From Parasitella parasitica NRRL 2501 (taxonomy: Eukaryota; Fungi; Mucoromycota): DNA of 44,452 nucleotides. Shown piece after piece: positions 38,163-44,452 of this stretch. The position numbers and the translations under genes are program-made. The notes under the pieces were generated by a model. That model was not told the origin of the DNA, made no database searches, and was given only the letters and a program-made list of their open reading frames with translations. Positions within the stretch are counted from its first letter, which is position 1. Every line of letters starts with the position of its first letter. The stretch spans positions 31,394 through 75,845 of the forward strand of contig MU619386.1 of the NCBI GenBank assembly GCA_025201805.1. Reading direction: 5' to 3'.

Positions 38163-38310
38163 TAAAATACTCCGCATAGGCAGTGTGTGTGTGTGTGCCA
38201 CAGCGTTTGATGATCTTTGTAGCTTTTTTTTTGTTTTTCCTTTTTTTTCTCTTTTCTTTCTCTTGTAGCAAGCCAAAAAGGATTTCCAATGATATTGGAG
38301 AAAACACAGG

Positions 38311-40965
38311 ATGTCGTCCCCTTCTTCTCCAACGATAGGTCTTGTATCCGCAAACATCAGACTATTCAACAGTAAATCTGACAATGAGCCAACAGTAAAA
38401 ACCTCGAATTCGGCAACAACAACAATCAATAACACACCTAATAATAACAATACTAATAATTACTTGCCTCCATTACCACCGAAACCAAGCAAAAAAGTCG
38501 AAAAACAATCTCCCTCACCACCACTTGCATTGGCCCCGTCTGTAGCTTCTGTAGCTTCTGTACCGCCACCTTTGCCAGCAACCCCACCGAGACCGATCAA
38601 AAACGGCACACTAAAAGCAGGATATAACAATCATAATCAGACAATAACTGTGAGCTCACCATCTACGCCCTCGCTGAGCTCTACTATACCATCGCCAATC
38701 ATTGCCCAAAAAAGTGGGTCTACTTTGAAAGGCATGCTCGGGAAAGTAGTCGGCAGCGTAAGCGGTAAGTTGGGTGACATTACATTACATACAACGAGGT
38801 TGGGAGGGGGGAGTTTTTTTTTTTTATATATATATATATATATTAACAGCGGGAAAATACAGATTTATGGGCTATACAAGGAAATTCATCTGCATCATCC
38901 GTGAATGGTCCTAATGCCAAATTGCAACACAATGGCAGTGGGAAAGCCAAGATATCCTCTCCGTACAACATGGTGCATGTAACGCATGTCGGCTTCAATC
39001 CACAGACTGGCGAGTTTACAGGTATGCCGAGAGAATGGCATATCCTTCTTCAGCAAAGTGGCATCACCAAGAAAGAGCAACAGCAGAATCCACAGGTACG
39101 TTTTTATGAATTATCTTGCGGCATGGAGGATTTAGGGTTGCATTTGTTAGGCTGTTTTGGATGTATTGGGGTTTTATAAAGATTCTAAAGACCAGTGTTT
39201 GGACACAGTTTGGGATAAGTTTGACAATGTGCATCCCAGAAATTACACTTCTCGAACAACTCCTCCGCCATTGCCGCAGCGAACAAGGCCTCAATTGGTT
39301 GTCGTTTCTAATAATAATCGACCCAATAATGATACCAAGCCCCCTGTACCCACTCGTCCGCCCACAAAGATTGCAGTATGTTACATGTGTAGTGCTTGAC
39401 AGCTTGATACTAACTCCTTTTTCATAGCACAAGAGCAATGTAAAAAATCAGTCTAGTCGGTTTGATAACTCTTCCCCACCACCACCACCACCGCAAAACG
39501 CTTTAGTGACGCCTCCGACTCCTCCATTGACCGTGTCATCCGCACCGCCTATACCAGCTCGCCCAGAGAAACCACCGCAATTTCAAAAGGTGCCACCGCC
39601 CAAACCCCCATTATCAACTAAACCTGTGGTGTCACCCAAAAAGAAATTGCCTATTCAAGTAGCAAAACCAACGGCACCGCTATCAACAGCAGTAATAGCG
39701 GATGATATGGCAGCGGTACTGACAGAGACCCCAAAACCCCCGCCAAGATCGAACAAACCACCACGTGTGTCATCATCATCAGTATACATAGCACCCTCGG
39801 CAGCTCCACTTGATCCGGCTCTAGACACGAGTCATCAAGACAAGGCACGACAGCACCGCAGAGAACAGAGACAGCAGAAAGAGGCTCTCAAAGATGCTCA
39901 AGTGATTGCAGACCTTCAAGCCATTTGCACAGATGCTGATCCGACAAAACTTTACCGAAATATGATCAAAATTGGCCAAGGGTAAGTGTCTGCCATGTTG
40001 GATGGAAATGTGGATGTCACGAGGGCTAACATGCAACTCAGTGCTTCTGGAGGTGTCTATACTGCTCAATCAGTAGACACCAACATGTCGGTTGCAATCA
40101 AGCAGATGAACCTCGCGCAGCAATCACGAAAGGAGGTGATCATCAACGAAATACTGGTCATGCGAGAAGCTCAGCACAAGAACATTGTAAATTTCATTGA
40201 TTCGTTTTTGGTGTCCAATGAATTGTGGGTTGTAATGGAGTACATGGAGGGCGGTAGTTTGACCGACGTTGTCACTACGAGTATGATGACAGAAAGCCAG
40301 ATTGCCACCGTCTGCAGAGAGACGCTGGAGGGTATTGACCATTTACATTCGTTGGGCATTATCCATCGAGACATCAAATCTGATAACGTGCTTCTGGGGC
40401 TGAATGGTCATGTTAAATTGAGTATGTAATGTTTACTGAAAGTGGCTGTCAGAGATGCTAACTGATAACTGCTATAGCCGATTTTGGTTTTTGCGCAAGA
40501 CTGAATGATTCGGAAACAAGAACAACCATGGTTGGTACACCATATTGGGTAAAGTAGACTCTCTTTTTTTTTTCGGCCCGTTTAGAACAGTGTTGTTAAT
40601 AAGTGAGGAAATAGATGGCGCCAGAAGTTGTAACCAGAAAGCAATACGGGCCCAAGATTGATATATGGTCATTAGGTATTATGGCAATCGAAATGATCGA
40701 AGGCGAGCCTCCATATTTGCACGAGAATCCTTTGAGGGCTCTTTATCTGATTGCAACAAACGGAACACCATCTTTACAGCATCCCGACGAGCTATCCGAT
40801 AAACTAAAGAACTTTTTGATGCAAGCGTTGACTGTAGATAGTATTGAAAGACCCAGCGCCAAGGCATTGTTAGAACACCCCTTTTTGAAAAGAGGAGAAG
40901 ATGTCAAATCTTTGGTTCCTCTGATTAAGGCAAGCCGAGATCTACGAAAAGCGCATGAATTATAA
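38311..40965 (+). CDS. STE20: STE20/PAK-family kinase, multi-exon
   Basis: [30 protein letters not shown], Pro-rich linker, [41 protein letters not shown]-beta binding tail SLVPLI. Confidence 0.93.
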
Positions 40966-41205
40966 AAATAAAAAAAAATAAAAAGTAATATATTTAATAA
41001 CAATCCGCACTATGAATAAACACATTGGGACCTTATAACTGGTATGGCATTACAATTCTTCAAAACACGTAAAGCGGTTCCCCTGAAACGCTTCATAATT
41101 CGCCAACCGCAAATGTTGCCAACTGTATTTTGATGTTTCTTCAGCAAGCTTGTATATCATTTTCTCTTTCTTTTTTTTCTTTTTTTTTTTTTCCAAGATA
41201 ATTCA

Positions 41206-42488
41206 ATGGCGAGTTCCTCAAAACAAGTGATCAATAACGAACTCTTTCGACTTTACACTGAATATCTAGTATGTCAAGTCAGGAAAAGCGCACCATCGTT
41301 TTGGAAGAGTGACGAAGCAGAGAAGAATGCTTTGATTGAAATTCTAACACAATTTCAACATGTAGATGCAAGTGAGTCCTGCTCAAAGTCTTTTTTTTTT
41401 AATGCGGCTGATTTGTCAACAATAGATGTCTTGCGTATGGTTGTGGATGAAATTTTCGAGAATTCTGTTGAAAAATTTAGTCAGACCATCATGGGCAACA
41501 TTGTAAACGATAAAGTCAGCGAGATTGCGGCAGAAAAAGCCAAAGAACCTGCCACCGATTATCGAGACAGAGCTCCAAAAGTCATTGCAAACACGTCAAA
41601 CAATGATTCAGACTCATCTCTGGAAGAGGACAATAATGTGCCAAGTCCAGTGCATACAACAATGGCTGTAGCCGATGCGAGTGACAAAGCTGCCATCAGT
41701 AAAAGAAACATAATTCACTCGAGTACTGCGATACAAACTAGATCTAGAAAGAGGAAACACTCCATCTCTGAAAACCCCAATGGGTGCTCTTTGTCCCGCC
41801 CAGCCAAGAAAGGTTTGTCATAGAAAAAGTCTTCCATTCGATGTCTTACCATGCGTGCGCTTGGTTCTAGAAATTGAAAAGCTCGTATCTGATGTAGAAA
41901 ACACAAAAGTTATGCTCAGACAAAGAATGAAATCCGTAGGCGAAAGCTTCTCCGTAAACCCCACTTCCGCAAATATCATACAAAACGCTACACCCAGCGT
42001 TTTTACCATATCCAACTGGCCAAAAGAATCGAGCAACACTAAAATTTTCCACAAATGCCAGGAGAATTTCATTGCCTTTCGGTTTGGTAAATTGGTTGAA
42101 AGATTAAGACGAAAATACCCAGCACCAGCAGCAATCCAGAGAGAACGACAATACCAAGAGGAACTACAGAGTATGTAAATTCGCTTAATGATTCTTGGTG
42201 CTGTCGTTTTTACTTTTTCTTTTTTTTTTTTTTTTTTTTTTTTCTGCAGGGGAATTAATAAGACGAGATAAAACCTTCCGCGTCGTGTACTTTTACGCAT
42301 ACGAAAGCTTCTGTCGAAGAGTAGTTCACATTGTGAACGAAAATGGGCTTTACTGCCTGTTTATACCAGAAATTCTTTCGCCATCCACGTTGAGAAAGGT
42401 AAATGTTGAGACAACCTTGAAAAGACGTAAACCTAAAGGTTCGCTTAGGGGGGTTTGGAAGAATTTGCGCAACTTTCACGCTACATGA
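41206..42488 (+). CDS. Hypothetical protein, probably 3 exons
   Basis: Three consecutive plus-strand ORFs joinable in frame by GT-AG introns (~41813-41870, ~42172-42249). NLS-like RSRKRK. No recognised domain. Confidence 0.6.
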
Positions 42489-44452
42489 ATGAGAAATGCT
42501 CTGTTTTCAATAACGTTGGTAAAACAGACTCTTACGGAAAGTTTGTCACAGTATCAGATGTGGACCCGTCAACGAGCATTTGAAATGTAATAACCACATC
42601 TTACCAGCATTCTACATATTGAATATTATTTGCAATATACATTATATCACCCGTTGCCACACTTTTAGCTTATCATGAGAAGACTGACCAGGCGATTGCG
42701 CAAGTCTAGATAACCATTTGAATGTCAAAAACTAGCATAAATAAGCGCCTAATGTACAGAGAATGAAATTCTTTACACGTGCTGATTAATGAAATGTATA
42801 AAATTTCACGAAATTTGATGTCTCCCTTTGTTCTCCCTTTGTTCATTATATAAATGCATTAGACTATATTGCAGGCTGTACTTTAACCAAGCTTTACTCT
42901 ATAGTAGATATTTGATATTGTTGTGAGCGGAGACATCCGTAACAAATCGAAAATCAGTTATAGCAGCCAAATAAAACAAAGTCAAAGGCATATTAATGTC
43001 CTAAATATCATATCAATAGACATTAGTTAATCCCTGAAGTTATATTTTATTTTTTTACTTTTCTGTTGGCTTTCTATTCCTCCCGATATAGAGAGTATTT
43101 TACTAATAGCTATCTGAAGTGCTGGAAGAGAATTATCGTTGAATAAGCGTATAATAATGAAAGTACAGATAATTTTTACATCCCGTATCCGTGCCCTCTC
43201 AACAATATACTATAGTACATCAGCTCATATTTCTTAGATTAATCTCGACAATGAAACAATATCAGACTAATAGATATCAGGCCGTTCTATCTATAGGTTA
43301 TTTCAGTCGTCTGTAGATTGGATTTTTACATAACCAAGTTCGGTCTTCTAATATTGGTGTTTCTGGCACATTTGTAAAACGATTATATGCATGGATCAGC
43401 CCTTGCATTGGTTTATGTGTTCCAAATGTGGTTTGTGGTTCGATTTGTTTTCGTTGGTTCTTAATTTATTATGAATGCTTCGTGGTTTTACGGTTATATA
43501 TATAGGTAAATTGTTCGTTAGCTTGATTTGGGATCTCTATGGAGGTTCCATAACGAACGATATTCACATTACTTTTTGTGTTAAGTTATTTCGCTTCAAC
43601 ACAAATACTCTATATTTATATTTGTAATAGACCAGATACCTCTTTTCTTGTTCGGATAATACTACAATGGAAAGCTGTGAATTATTATTACAAGTCTCAG
43701 CTCTTTTTATTATTGTATTGGAATACCAGAAATATACATCAATATAAAACCTGATTAACTTGTATCCATGGAGTGATTCGTGCGGATTTATATAGTCTCT
43801 ACTTTCTATAAAATCGTTTGTATTTTTGCAACTGGTTAACTAATATAGTAGTAATAGCTGTGTTGTATCATAGAATATCATGGTCACTTTTGTATCTACA
43901 TATAAAAAGTTACATATGTCATATCTAACATAGTTATAATGATGTTAATTGTTGGTTGTGCTTGAACCTCTTGCAAGGTTCTAGGCTTATTTAAAGGTTA
44001 CATCAAGATCAGATCGCGGGATGTCGGGGAGACATCATATCCAATCTTTTCTTTGATGTAAAATAGAACAATAGGTCTGTCCTGGAAATGCTGTGATTTA
44101 ATATTGTTTGGCACTTCTTGTCAAACATCAGATGGTATGTAAATAAACATTGATTAAGATAGATTTTAATATAAATAGACGTTATATCTTATGCCAATAA
44201 AAGTCTTCAGTTTTGTACTGTATCTGGTTTTATTTAGGAAAAGTATTTATTACTTCTTTCAAACACAACATTTCGCTGCGCCCTTTGATACTGGCACCGT
44301 ATATTATGTCGAATAACTAGAATGGTATAGTATCTCAGCCATAGAATAGCAAATGATTATATATGACAGAATTTTAAACGTAAGAAAGTTCGATTTATTT
44401 CAAATATAAAGCATAATTAGAGATTATCCATGTTGGAATAAGCTGAGTCGCC

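Noticed and set aside
42500-44452. AT-rich, ORF-free, strand-skewed tail, possibly a decayed transposon
   Set aside because: No termini or protein motif could be supported by eye.

Overview
Gene-dense, intron-rich, AT-rich fungal genomic DNA. Short GT-AG introns and the gene content point to a Mucorales fungus, probably Rhizopus-like (inference). The left end holds a PD-(D/E)XK nuclease-type putative mobile element next to a hexamer repeat and a 10-N gap, followed by a decayed foldback element. Next come cytochrome c heme lyase, a PRAS40/Lobe-like hypothetical gene, a HAC1 bZIP gene, PHO85, a DMPK/ROCK/MRCK-type coiled-coil kinase and the SRP (7SL) RNA gene. These are followed by a large S/T-rich single-pass surface protein, a 9-exon YbaK-like gene missing from the ORF track, FUR1, VPS18, a mucoricin-like ricin-B lectin and a secreted GDSL esterase. 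The right part has POLD4, a small hydrophilic protein, ORC4, a KpsF/GutQ (SIS-CBS) gene, an HSL-type hydrolase, a STE20/PAK kinase and a hypothetical gene. The standout is HAC1. It carries a 234-nt non-spliceosomal Ire1-type intron (10768-11001) bounded by two 7-nt-loop hairpins and an 18-bp exon-exon stem. The intron also contains a perfect 14-nt complement to the putative 5' UTR. This is the long-intron/5'UTR translational-lock architecture known from Saccharomyces HAC1, seen here in an early-diverging fungus. All gene models were read by eye and no database searches were run.
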